Source: Kiritimatiella glycovorans
GTDB lineage: Bacteria > Verrucomicrobiota > Kiritimatiellia > Kiritimatiellales > Kiritimatiellaceae
Reading direction: 5' to 3'
DNA length: 32,000 bases
Assembly: GCF_001017655.1 (NCBI RefSeq)
Contig: NZ_CP010904.1
Location: 1,380,001 to 1,412,000 of the forward strand
In this document: positions 1-8,173 of the stretch, piece by piece
How the letters are laid out: the number at the start of each line of letters is the position of its first letter
Numbering within the stretch: the stretch's first letter is position 1
The notes under the pieces: model-generated
Seen by the model: only the letters and a program-made list of their open reading frames with translations
Databases searched by the model: none
What the model was told of the DNA's origin: nothing
Program-made: the position numbers and the translations under genes

Positions 1-1008
1 CGAGTAATTGAGCAGCTGCAGGTAATCGACCACGATCATCTGCACGTCGTACCGCTGTTTCATGCGCCGGGCGCGGGCGCGGAGTTCGAGCGCCTCCAGC
101 CCGGCCGAATCGTCGATGTAGATCTCCGCTTTCTGGAGCCGGTCCGCCGCGTTCATCAGCTTCCGGTGGTTCTCGCGCGTGATGTTCCCCTCCATCATCG
201 ACTGCATCCGCACGCGGGCGTTCGAGAAGAGCATGCGCCGGACCAGCTGCTCGCGCGACATTTCGAGGCTGAACACCCCGATCGGACGCGGACTGTGATC
301 GCGTTTCCCGAGCGCCACATGTTCCGCGATGTTCATCGCCAGCGAGGTCTTACCCATGGACGGACGGGCGGCGAGGATGATCACATCGGTGTTATGAAGC
401 CCGTACAGCAGCTTGTCGATGTCCTGAAAGCCCGACGAGATGCCGGTGATCGGCTTGCCTTCCGCGTGAATTTTTTCGATCTTTTTCACCGCCTCGCGCA
501 CGGCCTCGGGCCAGCTCACGATATCGGAGGATTTTTCGGCGCCGAGTTCGAAGAAGGACTGCTCCACCTCGCTCAGTACTTCCGTCGCGTCCTTCTCGGA
601 ATCGTAACTGGACTCCACCGCCGCGCGGGCGCGGTCGATCATCTCCCGGCGGAGGAACTGCTCCTGCAGGATTTCGATATAGAATTCTGCGTGCGCGGAG
701 GTCGGGGTGCTGTCGATGAGTTCGACCAGGTAATCCTGGCCGCCGAGCCGGTCCAGTTTCCCGTTCCGGGTGAGGCGGTCCACCACCGTCAGCAGATCGA
801 CCGCGTTCTCCTCCTCGCCCATCTGCAGGAGTTCCTCGTACAGGTCCCGGTGCTGTCGCGTATAGAACGATTCCGGTCTGACCTGCCGCTCCTGGCAGAG
901 GGAGATGACGCGCTCCGCGTCGCTCAGAACACAGCCCAGCACCCCCCGTTCCGCTTCCGCGCTGTGCGGTGGCACGCGACGTGAGGCGGTGGAGGAGGTC
1001 TCCGTCAT
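1..1008 (-). CDS. dnaB: Replicative DNA helicase DnaB, N-terminal 336 codons; the C-terminus lies beyond the left edge of the window
   Basis: Hand translation of the minus strand from ATG 1008-1006 gives MTETSSTASRRVPPHSAEAERGVLGCVL...ILAARPSMGKTSLAMNIAEHVA...IVVDYLQLLNYS. This contains the DnaB N-domain, the Walker A motif GKT and the DYLQL motif. The frame is open to base 1. The gene is absent from the ORF track because it has no stop in the window. Its ATG overlaps the rplI stop (ATGA at 1005-1008). Confidence 0.9.
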   Translation of the reverse strand, partial: MTETSSTASRRVPPHSAEAERGVLGCVLSDAERVISLCQERQVRPESFYTRQHRDLYEELLQMGEEENAVDLLTVVDRLTRNGKLDRLGGQDYLVELIDSTPTSAHAEFYIEILQEQFLRREMIDRARAAVESSYDSEKDATEVLSEVEQSFFELGAEKSSDIVSWPEAVREAVKKIEKIHAEGKPITGISSGFQDIDKLLYGLHNTDVIILAARPSMGKTSLAMNIAEHVALGKRDHSPRPIGVFSLEMSREQLVRRMLFSNARVRMQSMMEGNITRENHRKLMNAADRLQKAEIYIDDSAGLEALELRARARRMKQRYDVQMIVVDYLQLLNYS

Positions 1009-1457
1009 TCCTCGACCACCCACACCTTGAGCTTAGGCTGCACTTCGGGGTGAAGGTCGACCGCGACATCGAAGACCCCGAGTTCGCGGATCGGATCCTC
1101 GAGCACGATCTGTTTGCGGTCCAGTTCGATGCCTTTTTCTTCCCGCACCTTGTCGGCGATCAGCTGGGCGTTCACCGAGCCGAACAGCTGACCCTGGTCG
1201 CCCGTCTTCACGAGCACCGTGCAGTCCATGCCGTCGATCTTTTCCGCGAGTTCCCTGGCCGCCTCGAGTTCCTCCCGCATCTGCCGGAGCCGTTCGCGGC
1301 GCTTGTTCTCGATCTGTCGTCTGCGGCCTTCCGTGACCGGAGCGGCCAGTCCGCGGGGCACCAGGTAATTGCGCGCATATCCGTCCGCCACGCGGACGAC
1401 GTCGCCCTCAATCCCGAGGTTCTCGACCCGCTCGAGTAAAATGACTTCTTTCGCCAT
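1005..1457 (-). CDS. rplI: 50S ribosomal protein L9
   Basis: MAKEVILLERVENLGIEGDVVRVADGYARNYLVPRGLA is a typical L9 N-terminus. The ATG was verified at 1455-1457. The context rpsF-ssb-rpsR-rplI-dnaB is conserved. Confidence 0.95.
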   Translation of the reverse strand: MAKEVILLERVENLGIEGDVVRVADGYARNYLVPRGLAAPVTEGRRRQIENKRRERLRQMREELEAARELAEKIDGMDCTVLVKTGDQGQLFGSVNAQLIADKVREEKGIELDRKQIVLEDPIRELGVFDVAVDLHPEVQPKLKVWVVEE

Positions 1458-1483
1458 CAGAGCATTCCTTTCTCAACTCATCT

Positions 1484-1684
1484 TCAGGGCACGAGCCCCA
1501 TGTTCCGCGCACGGCGGATGGCACGCTTCAGCTGGCGCTGCTGCGCCGCCGTCGCTCCGGTGATTCTGCGGGGCGTGATCTTGCCCTCCTCCGTCATGAA
1601 CTTCCGGAGCAGCTCCGCGTCCTTGTAATCGATTTCTTCCACGTTACGCAATTCCTGCGCCATGGCACGTCGTTTAACTGGCAA
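1484..1684 (-). CDS. rpsR: 30S ribosomal protein S18
   Basis: The S18 core ...[51 protein letters not shown] is present. The start is TTG at 1684, preceded by AGGAGG with a 6-nt spacer. An in-frame ATG at 1663 is the alternative start. Confidence 0.93.
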   Translation of the reverse strand: MPVKRRAMAQELRNVEEIDYKDAELLRKFMTEEGKITPRRITGATAAQQRQLKRAIRRARNMGLVP

Positions 1685-1715
1685 TGGTGACCTCCTGGAT
1701 TAACCCGCCCTGCCC

Positions 1716-2150
1716 TCAGAACGGAATATCGTCGTCTTCTTCCTGCTGCTGCGCCTGCGGGTTTTCACCCCGCGACTGCCGTCCGCCGTCCTGGGGGGCA
1801 TCTTCGTAACGGGCGTTTCGCGGTCTTCCGAGAAACTGCACCCGATCCGCCCGCACCTTGAGCTTGCTCCGCTTCTCGCCCTGCCGGTTTTCCCACTGAT
1901 CGAGCTGCAGACGGCCCTCGATCAGCACCGGCGATCCCTTGGACAGGTATTCGCCCGACGTTTCCGCCTGGCGCCCCCACACGGTGATATCTACAAAGAC
2001 CGTGCGCTCCTCGGTCTCGCCGCTGCGCGTGCGGTACTGCTCGTTGACGGCCAGGCCGAGATCCGAGACCGCCGTCCCCGACGGCGTATAGCGCACTTCG
2101 GGATCGCGGGTAAGGTTCCCCGCCAGAAAAACACGATTCATATCCGCCAT
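1716..2150 (-). CDS. ssb: Single-stranded DNA-binding protein
   Basis: The OB-fold N-terminus MNRVFLAGNLTRDPEVRYTPSG is followed by a Gly/Gln-rich linker and the canonical acidic tip DDDIPF. Confidence 0.95.
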   Translation of the reverse strand: MADMNRVFLAGNLTRDPEVRYTPSGTAVSDLGLAVNEQYRTRSGETEERTVFVDITVWGRQAETSGEYLSKGSPVLIEGRLQLDQWENRQGEKRSKLKVRADRVQFLGRPRNARYEDAPQDGGRQSRGENPQAQQQEEDDDIPF

Positions 2151-2151
2151 T

Positions 2152-2463
2152 TCAGGCCTCCCGGCCGGCTGCGGCCCGGTCTTCGACTCTGGTGAACTGG
2201 GAGCGAAGGACCTCTGTACCGAGTTTGATCCGTTTTTTCAAGTCATCCATCCGCTGCTCGTCGAGTTTGAGATTCATGATCACGTAGTGGCCGGCCGTAT
2301 GCTTGCCCTGCGGACGGGCGAACGGGCGACGGCCCATGCGGGCGGTATTCTCCACCTCGCCGCCGACGCGGCCCACCTCGCTTTTGACCTTTTCGACGGC
2401 CTCGTTCAGCTCATCCTCGCCGAGCGATTCGGGAAATATAAATAAACCTTCGTATACTCTCAC
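2152..2463 (-). CDS. rpsF: 30S ribosomal protein S6
   Basis: (M)RVYEGLFIFPESL...HYVIMNL is S6-like. The start is GTG at 2463 with GGGAGGA upstream. There is a 1-nt gap to ssb. Confidence 0.95.
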   Translation of the reverse strand: MRVYEGLFIFPESLGEDELNEAVEKVKSEVGRVGGEVENTARMGRRPFARPQGKHTAGHYVIMNLKLDEQRMDDLKKRIKLGTEVLRSQFTRVEDRAAAGREA

Positions 2464-2479
2464 GTTGTCCTCCCGTCCT

Positions 2480-3049
2480 TCATTCCCTTCCGTTGTGCGC
2501 GTTCATCGCCGCTTCAACCCCGTCGCGCAGCACCGCCTCCACGGCGTCCGCGGCGCGGCCCCGCACCTCGTTCATCACCTCGCGCTCATCCGGCGTGAAC
2601 CGCCCCAGCACGTAGGCCACCTGATCCGCCCCCGGCGGTCGCGGGCCGACCCCGATCCGGAGCCGCGGCACGTCCTGCGCGCCCAGGGCCGCCGCGACCG
2701 AGCGAACCCCGTTGTGCCCCCCGGCCGAGCCTCCCGGCCGCACCCGGATCCGGCCCAGGTCCAGCGCGAGGTCGTCGTAGACCAGAAGCAGATCCTGCAT
2801 CTCCGCCGGACTCCTGCGCAGGACCGCCGTCGCGGCCTCTCCGCTGCGGTTCATCAGCGTGCGCGGCTTCACCAGCCACACCGGCTGGTCGAATCCGGGC
2901 GCTTCGGCCAGGTCGGATTTCAACCGCCACTTCCGCCGGAAGGCGACCCCTAATCGTTGCGCCAGCTCATCGAGCACTTCGAACCCGGCATTATGCCGCG
3001 TGCCCGAGTAGCGCGGTCCGGGATTTCCCAGTCCGATCACGGCCTTCAT
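2480..3049 (-). CDS. pth: Peptidyl-tRNA hydrolase
   Basis: MKAVIGLGNPGPRYSGTRHNAGF...GGHNGVRS are Pth signature motifs. ATG at 3047-3049 has GGAGG upstream. Confidence 0.95.
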   Translation of the reverse strand: MKAVIGLGNPGPRYSGTRHNAGFEVLDELAQRLGVAFRRKWRLKSDLAEAPGFDQPVWLVKPRTLMNRSGEAATAVLRRSPAEMQDLLLVYDDLALDLGRIRVRPGGSAGGHNGVRSVAAALGAQDVPRLRIGVGPRPPGADQVAYVLGRFTPDEREVMNEVRGRAADAVEAVLRDGVEAAMNAHNGRE

Positions 3050-3081
3050 CCGACCTCCGGCACACCGGCCCCCTGACCTCT

Positions 3082-3759
3082 TCAGCCCTCAGAGGGCTCT
3101 TCGCCCTCCCCGGCTTCGCCTTCGGCGCCTTCCTCGCCCGCTTCGCCTTCTTCGCCCTCAAGGGCCTCTTCCTCTTCAGCCATCTCTTCTTCTTCCGTCC
3201 GCGGGGCACTGACGTGGGCGATGGCGATCTCGGGATCGTCCAGCAGATCGTATTTGCTCTTATCCATCGGGACATCCGCGATTGAAAGCGAATCGCCGAT
3301 GTTCAGGGCGCTTACATCGACCTCGAACATATCCACAATATCCGCGGGCAGACATTCGACCTCGATCTGTCCGTGCAGATGCTCGAGCACCCCGCCTTCC
3401 ACGGCCCCGGCGGGCTCGCCGGTGAGGTGCACGGGAATGGCGACGCGAAGTTTCTGATTGGCCGAAATCTCCTGCAGATCGACATGAACCAGCCCCTCCC
3501 CGAGCGGCTCGTGCTGCACATCCTTCAGAAAGGCCTGGATCGGCCCGGACTCGTCGATGCTGAGCTGCAGCACCATGTTCTCACTGGCGTGGCTCCGGAG
3601 CATGCGCTGAACCGCCCGTTCCTGGAGCGCCAGGCTCTGGCTCTCACCGCTTTCCCGGTAGCACACGGCCGGCAGCTGCCCCGAGCGCCGCATCCGGCGG
3701 CACGGTCGCGTTCCCGTCTCCGTTCGGGTCACTGCCTGAAGCAGTATCTCTTCCGTCAT
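3082..3759 (-). CDS. rplY: 50S ribosomal protein L25 / general stress protein Ctc, with a long acidic C-terminal tail
   Basis: MTEEILLQAVTRTETGTRPCRRMRRSGQLPAVCY...VQHEPLGEGLVHVDLQEI is Ctc/L25-like. The internal ATG at 3759 was chosen over the track start at 3819, which adds 20 Arg/Cys-rich residues. The prs-ctc-pth order is conserved. Confidence 0.88.
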   Translation of the reverse strand: MTEEILLQAVTRTETGTRPCRRMRRSGQLPAVCYRESGESQSLALQERAVQRMLRSHASENMVLQLSIDESGPIQAFLKDVQHEPLGEGLVHVDLQEISANQKLRVAIPVHLTGEPAGAVEGGVLEHLHGQIEVECLPADIVDMFEVDVSALNIGDSLSIADVPMDKSKYDLLDDPEIAIAHVSAPRTEEEEMAEEEEALEGEEGEAGEEGAEGEAGEGEEPSEG

Positions 3760-3808
3760 GACGTATCTTCTCCTTGTATGGCACGTTGAGCGGCGCCGGC
3801 CGCTGCAT

Positions 3809-4747
3809 CTATTCCTCAACGCGGAACAGGCAGGACACGGACTGCTGCTTGTGAATCCTGCAGATCGCCTCGGCCAGCAGTTCGGACAGCGACAGGATGG
3901 TCAGGTCGAATCCGTCGTTCTGTATCCGTTGCGGGACGCTGTCGGTCGTGATCAATTCCTCGATCGCCGACGCGCGAATTCGCTCCACACCCTTCTCGCA
4001 GAGGAGCGAGTGCGTGACCGCCGCCCGGATGCTGCGGGCGCCCGAATCCTTCAGCAGCTGCGCCGCCCCGCTCAGGGTGCCCGCGGTGCTCACGATGTCG
4101 TCCACGATCAACGTATCGCAGTCCTGGACTTCGCCGACGAGATAGGCCGACTCGACGTCGCTCGAACTCTTGCGCTGTTTGCCGATCAGCGCCAGTCCGG
4201 CCTCGAGCTGGCGGGCATAGCCGTAGGCCATCTTCAGCCCGCCGGGATCGGGCGAAACCACGACCAGGTTCTTCAAATTGCGCTTCGCCCGCAGGTGGCG
4301 CACGATGATCGGCGAGGCGTACAGATGATCCACGGGTATATCGAAGAACCCCTGGATCTGCTGCGCGTGAAGATCGACCGTCAGCAACCGGTTTGCGCCC
4401 GCGGCCACCAGCAGATTGGCGACCAGCTTGGCCGTGATCGGCACCCGGGGCTGGTCCTTGCGGTCCTGCCGCGCATAGCCGTAGAACGGAAGGACTGCGG
4501 TGATCCGATTGGCCGACGCGCGCTTGGCGGCGTCGATCATGATCAGCAGCTCCATCAGGCTCTCGTTCGGCGGATAACTCAGCGGCTGGATGATAAACAG
4601 GTCGGCGCCGCGGACGTTGTCCTTGATCTTGACAAAGACCTCGCCGTCCGGAAAGCGGCTGATCTCCACATGACCCAGCTCCGCGCCCGCATCGCCCGCG
4701 ATGCGTTCCGCCAGATCTCTGTGCGCCGTACCCGCCAGTATCTTCAT
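3809..4747 (-). CDS. prs: Ribose-phosphate pyrophosphokinase (PRPP synthetase)
   Basis: MKILAGTAHRDLAERIA...RFPDGEVFVKI...FYGYARQDRK...DLHAQQIQGFFDIPVDHL...VVSPDPGG...IVDDIVSTAGTL are all Prs motifs. The ATG at 4747 has GGAGGA upstream. The track start at 4786 would run into the tRNA. Confidence 0.95.
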   Translation of the reverse strand: MKILAGTAHRDLAERIAGDAGAELGHVEISRFPDGEVFVKIKDNVRGADLFIIQPLSYPPNESLMELLIMIDAAKRASANRITAVLPFYGYARQDRKDQPRVPITAKLVANLLVAAGANRLLTVDLHAQQIQGFFDIPVDHLYASPIIVRHLRAKRNLKNLVVVSPDPGGLKMAYGYARQLEAGLALIGKQRKSSSDVESAYLVGEVQDCDTLIVDDIVSTAGTLSGAAQLLKDSGARSIRAAVTHSLLCEKGVERIRASAIEELITTDSVPQRIQNDGFDLTILSLSELLAEAICRIHKQQSVSCLFRVEE

Positions 4748-4786
4748 GCCGTTGCCGTCCTCCGGTCTCCGCCTGCCGCACTGCAT

Positions 4787-4861
4787 GGTTGCCCGACCAG
4801 GACTTGAACCTGGACCCTGGCCTCCAAAGGGCCGTGTGCTGCCATTACACCATCGGGCAAC
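4787..4861 (-). tRNA. tRNA-Gln (anticodon UUG)
   Basis: The reverse complement is GTTGCCCGATGGTGTAATGGCAGCACACGGCCCTTTGGAGGCCAGGGTCCAGGTTCAAGTCCTGGTCGGGCAACC. It has a 7-bp acceptor stem GTTGCCC/GGGCAAC and a T-arm CCAGG-TTCAAGT-CCTGG. The anticodon loop is CTTTGGA, giving anticodon TTG. The 3' CCA is not fully encoded. End coordinates are +/-2 nt. Confidence 0.85.
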
Positions 4862-5028
4862 ACAAAGGCCTTTTTCTCAATGCGTTACCTTGTGTCCCGT
4901 CCTTTACCCCGCCGTGCGGTGAAAAGCGAATGAATGTAGCCGCGAACGGGAGCGGCGTCAAGATTCTTGGACCCGACCTCACGTTTTTTCGGGGCCGCCC
5001 GGCCGAAACTCCCGCGCAGGGCGGCGGG

Positions 5029-5562
5029 TCAGCTGCTGCCAGGGCTCCGGCCCCCCAGCCTTCGAATCCGTTCCGCATGCGCCGGAAATCGCGCGGCCAG
5101 CGACTCGGGGTCGGCCAGCTCGAAATCCGCGTATTCGAATCCCGGGGTGACCGTGCAGCTCACGAGCGCACAGGACGAGGGCTCGAGGCACTCGGCGGCC
5201 ATCCAGGTGCCGGGGGGAACCACGGCCTGGCGTTCGCTTCCGCTTTCCGGGCCGGACCCGAGCCGGACCGGGGCGTAGACGCCGTCGGCATCGATCCGGT
5301 GCAGACACAGCGCCCCTCCGGCCCGGTGCTGCCATAGCTCTTCCCCGCGCAGCCGGTGAAACGCCGAATAGTCCCCCGGTCCCAGAAGGTAATAGATCGA
5401 CGAGGCCGCCGGCCGTCCGCCCTCGAACCCTTCAGGCAGCGCCGACTCATCGATCCGTATGCACGATTCATAGGTGCGCACGAACCAGCCGCCCTCCGGG
5501 TGGCGTTCCATGCCGAGTTCCCGGATCCAGAATGACGCGTCACGGTCCACGCGCCTCATCAT
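5029..5562 (-). CDS. Cupin-fold protein, DUF985 family
   Basis: HPEGGWFVRTYES...SSIYYLLGPGDYSAFHRLRGEELW...VVPPGTWMAAE matches the conserved DUF985/cupin_5 pattern. Start is ATG at 5560-5562. Confidence 0.8.
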   Translation of the reverse strand: MMRRVDRDASFWIRELGMERHPEGGWFVRTYESCIRIDESALPEGFEGGRPAASSIYYLLGPGDYSAFHRLRGEELWQHRAGGALCLHRIDADGVYAPVRLGSGPESGSERQAVVPPGTWMAAECLEPSSCALVSCTVTPGFEYADFELADPESLAARFPAHAERIRRLGGRSPGSS

Positions 5563-5732
5563 TCAGGATTCGTACACCGGGTTCAATGTCTGGGATCCAC
5601 ATAAAAATCCGCGAATAACCGAAAACAGAGACGGCCAGCCAGCCGACGGAGGGTGTCGGCATAGACATTCCGCCCCGGACGTGTTACCTGTCAGTGGAAC
5701 CCGAAAGAGAAGCCTGAGGCCACCGGAAACCC

Positions 5733-6671
5733 GTGATCGACTACGAACAACTGGAGCGGCGGATCGGCAGGGTCCACCTGGAACGGCGCCTCAACCGCCA
5801 GAGCCTGCATGTCTCGGAAGTCTTTGGTCCCGGACGCACCCGGTTCCATCTCGAACGGATGCGACGCCTGCACGCCGTAATTCGCGGAACGCTCAAGGCC
5901 GCCGGGATGTATCGACGCGGCCTGCGCAATACCCTGGATGTCCGGGTCCGCCGGCAACGGGTCCTCCTGCCCTCCCTGCCCGAAGCGTTCGACGGCTTCA
6001 CCGTTCTTCATCTCAGCGATCTGCATCTCGATGCACACCCTCCCGTGACCGACGTGCTGATCGGGAAGATCCGCGCACTCGACTACGATCACGCCGTGGT
6101 GACGGGGGACTTCCGGGAGAGCACCTTCGAATCGTTCGACCGCGCCGTCGAACTCACGCTGCGCCTGAAATCCGCGCTGCCGGGGCCGGTGCACGCCGTG
6201 CTCGGCAATCATGACTTTATCGAGATGACCGATCCTCTTGAAGAAGCGGGGCTGCGGTTCCTGATCAACGAGGGCGTCTCCATCCGGCGCGGCGACGACA
6301 TGATCTACCTGGCGGGTGTCGACGATCCCCATTTCTACGAGACCGAAAACCTCGACAAGGCGCTCTCCGGGGGCATCGACGCGCCCGTGCGCATCCTCCT
6401 CGCACATTCGCCCGAACTCTACCGCAAAGCGGCCGCCGGGAACGTGGATCTCTACCTCTGCGGACACACCCACGGAGGCCAGATCTGTCTCCCCGGCGGC
6501 GTGGCCGTCGCCGGCAACGTCCGCTGTCCGCGCGCATTCCGCCACGGACTCTGGCGCTTCGACGAAATGCAGGGCTACACCTCCGTCGGCGCCGGCGCCT
6601 CGTCCGTACCCGTGCGCTATAACTGCCCTCCGGAGATCACGCTGATCCGGCTGGAACGAGGACAACTCTGA
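5733..6671 (+). CDS. Calcineurin-like metallophosphoesterase (YkuE/YaeI-like)
   Basis: Phosphoesterase motifs are present: LHLSDLHLD, VVTGDF, LGNHDF, LLAHSP, GHTHGGQ. The track start is GTG at 5733. About 88 residues precede the first motif, so the true start is uncertain. Confidence 0.85.
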   Translation: MIDYEQLERRIGRVHLERRLNRQSLHVSEVFGPGRTRFHLERMRRLHAVIRGTLKAAGMYRRGLRNTLDVRVRRQRVLLPSLPEAFDGFTVLHLSDLHLDAHPPVTDVLIGKIRALDYDHAVVTGDFRESTFESFDRAVELTLRLKSALPGPVHAVLGNHDFIEMTDPLEEAGLRFLINEGVSIRRGDDMIYLAGVDDPHFYETENLDKALSGGIDAPVRILLAHSPELYRKAAAGNVDLYLCGHTHGGQICLPGGVAVAGNVRCPRAFRHGLWRFDEMQGYTSVGAGASSVPVRYNCPPEITLIRLERGQL

Positions 6672-6680
6672 CTCTCTTAC

Positions 6681-6738
6681 TCAGGTTTCAGGTCTCAGGT
6701 TTCTCACTCCCTCTCACTCTGACTCTGATTCTGATTCT
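6681..6738. repeat. Short tandem-repeat / strand-asymmetric pyrimidine-rich tract between convergent genes
   Basis: (TCAGGTY)x3 lies at about 6681-6701 and (GAYTCT)x3 at about 6721-6738, separated by CTCACTCCCTCTCACTCT. The plus strand is strongly C/T-rich from 6672 into the ruvC 3' end. Confidence 0.55.
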
Positions 6739-6743
6739 CCCCC

Positions 6744-7256
6744 TCACACCCTCCCCTTTCCCCTCAGCGCCTCCGGACCGGTGGCGGAGGCGAGGTGGCA
6801 CCAGGCGATCGCGAGGGCGTCGGCGGCGTCGGAGGGGAGTTTTTCCTGGATCCCCGTGAGCCGGCGAATCATGAGTTCGATCTGTTCCTTGCGCGCGCTG
6901 CCGTTGCCGACGACGGCCTCCTTGACACGCCGGGGTGCGTATTCGAAGACCTCGACGTCGCGCTGCGCGCATGTGGTGAGTACCGCGCCCCGGGCCTCTC
7001 CCAGGATGAGCGACGTGCGCGCATTGCGGCAGAAGAAAACCCCTTCGATCGCCGTCTCCAGGGGCAGGTATTCGTCCAGGCACGCCCCGATCCCGGAGGC
7101 CAGGTGCGCCAAGCAGCGGGTGCGGCTGCAATCGCGGCGGTTGCGGATCACGCCCCAGGTCAAGGCGCGGGCACGGCTGCGCGTGCCCTCCAGTACTCCG
7201 TATCCCGTCGACCGGAGCGAGGTGTCCACGCCCAGCACTCTGACGGCGTCACGCAT
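6744..7256 (-). CDS. ruvC: Crossover junction endodeoxyribonuclease RuvC
   Basis: VLGVDTSLRSTGYGVL...IEGVFF..N..TSLILGEARGA...YAPRRVKEAVVGNGSARKEQI...DAADALAIAWCH carries the RuvC catalytic D/E/D/D architecture. ATG at 7254-7256. Confidence 0.9.
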   Translation of the reverse strand: MRDAVRVLGVDTSLRSTGYGVLEGTRSRARALTWGVIRNRRDCSRTRCLAHLASGIGACLDEYLPLETAIEGVFFCRNARTSLILGEARGAVLTTCAQRDVEVFEYAPRRVKEAVVGNGSARKEQIELMIRRLTGIQEKLPSDAADALAIAWCHLASATGPEALRGKGRV

Positions 7257-8010
7257 CCTGTTCGCTCAGCGCTTCGAGCACGTCGTCGTCGATGTCGAAG
7301 GCCCCGTACACGTTCTGGACGTCGTCCAGATCTTCCAGTTCCTCGACAAAGCGGATCAGTCCGGCGGCCTGTTCCCTGTCGTCGATCTTCAGCGGCACGT
7401 CCGGGAGCATGGTCACGGAGGCGGTGTCCGGGCGGACCCCCTGCTGTTCGAGCGCTTCGCAGACGGTGCTGAAGTCGACGGGATCGGTGATGATCTCGAA
7501 CTGGTCGCCTTCGCGTTTCATATCCTCGGCCCCCGCCTCGAGCACGATATTCATGAGGCGGTCCTCCTCGACGTCCCCGCCGTCGACCAAAATCTGTCCC
7601 TTGCGCTGGAACATGTGGCTTACGGCGCCCGATTCGGCCAGATTGCCGCCATTGCGCGTGAAGGTGCTGCGGACTTCGGAGGCGGAACGGTTGCGATTAT
7701 CCGTCAGCACGTGCACCAGCAGGCCCACCCCGCCCTGCGCGTAGCCTTCGTACAGGGTCTCTTCCAGGGCTGCCCCGCCGAGTTCCCCGGTACCCTTCTT
7801 CACGGCGCGATCGATGTTGTCCGCCGGCATATTCGCCTCGCGCGCCTTCTGGATACAGGTGCGCAGCGTAATATTCATATCGGCATCGCCGCCGCCTTCG
7901 CGCGCGGCCACGGTAATATCCTTTGCCAGTTTGCTGAACAGTTTTCCACGGGCGGCGTCGGCGCGCCCCTTCTTATGCTTGATATTCGCCCATTTACTGT
8001 GTCCGGCCAT
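7249..8010 (-). CDS. yebC: YebC/PmpR-family DNA-binding transcriptional regulator
   Basis: MAGHSKWANIKHKKGRADAARGKLFSKLAKDITVAAREGGGD is the near-invariant YebC N-terminus. There is an 8-nt overlap with ruvC, and the yebC-ruvC order is as in many bacteria. Confidence 0.95.
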   Translation of the reverse strand: MAGHSKWANIKHKKGRADAARGKLFSKLAKDITVAAREGGGDADMNITLRTCIQKAREANMPADNIDRAVKKGTGELGGAALEETLYEGYAQGGVGLLVHVLTDNRNRSASEVRSTFTRNGGNLAESGAVSHMFQRKGQILVDGGDVEEDRLMNIVLEAGAEDMKREGDQFEIITDPVDFSTVCEALEQQGVRPDTASVTMLPDVPLKIDDREQAAGLIRFVEELEDLDDVQNVYGAFDIDDDVLEALSEQDA

Positions 8011-8173
8011 AGTGGAGATCCTCTCGCTGAATGGAATACCCGCAAACGGTACAAATGCGCTAACTCCGTGTCACGAACAATTGAGCGCTTCCGCCCGCGC
8101 CTCATCTTCATTGACCCCCGAACCCCGTGCGGCTAGCGTATACCGTTTTCCCGGCAAAGGGGATGCTGCACTG

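Noticed and set aside
4985-5028. A GCCGCCC...GGGCGGC inverted repeat next to a T6 run just downstream of the cupin gene, considered as an intrinsic terminator.
   Set aside because: For the minus-strand cupin transcript the hairpin is followed by an A-run rather than a U-run, and the loop is ~17 nt. The orientation only suits a plus-strand transcript, and no plus-strand gene ends there.
6698-6709. An exact 12-nt match, GAGTGAGAAACC, between 6698-6709 (minus strand) and 14498-14509 (plus strand). Both copies lie in purine-rich tracts just after stop codons.
   Set aside because: On the order of 100 chance 12-mer matches are expected between the two strands of a 32-kb window (rough estimate). 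The flanking similarity is only compositional (GGGAG-rich), which is not enough to call a repeat family.
6781-8136. A 451-aa plus-strand ORF (with the sibling ORF 6795-7472).
   Set aside because: It is antisense to ruvC and yebC, both of which are near-textbook matches, and it has no motif content.
8111-8139. A sigma70-like TTGACC-N17-TAGCGT upstream of the LpxL-family gene.
   Set aside because: The -10 hexamer matches only 3 of 6 positions, and promoter consensus in this lineage is unknown to me. The support is too weak to report as a feature.
7814-8173. A 120-codon N-terminal extension of the LpxL-family ORF in the track.
   Set aside because: The extension runs antisense through the yebC 5' end and across the divergent promoter region. 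The family-typical N-terminus begins at the ATG at 8174.
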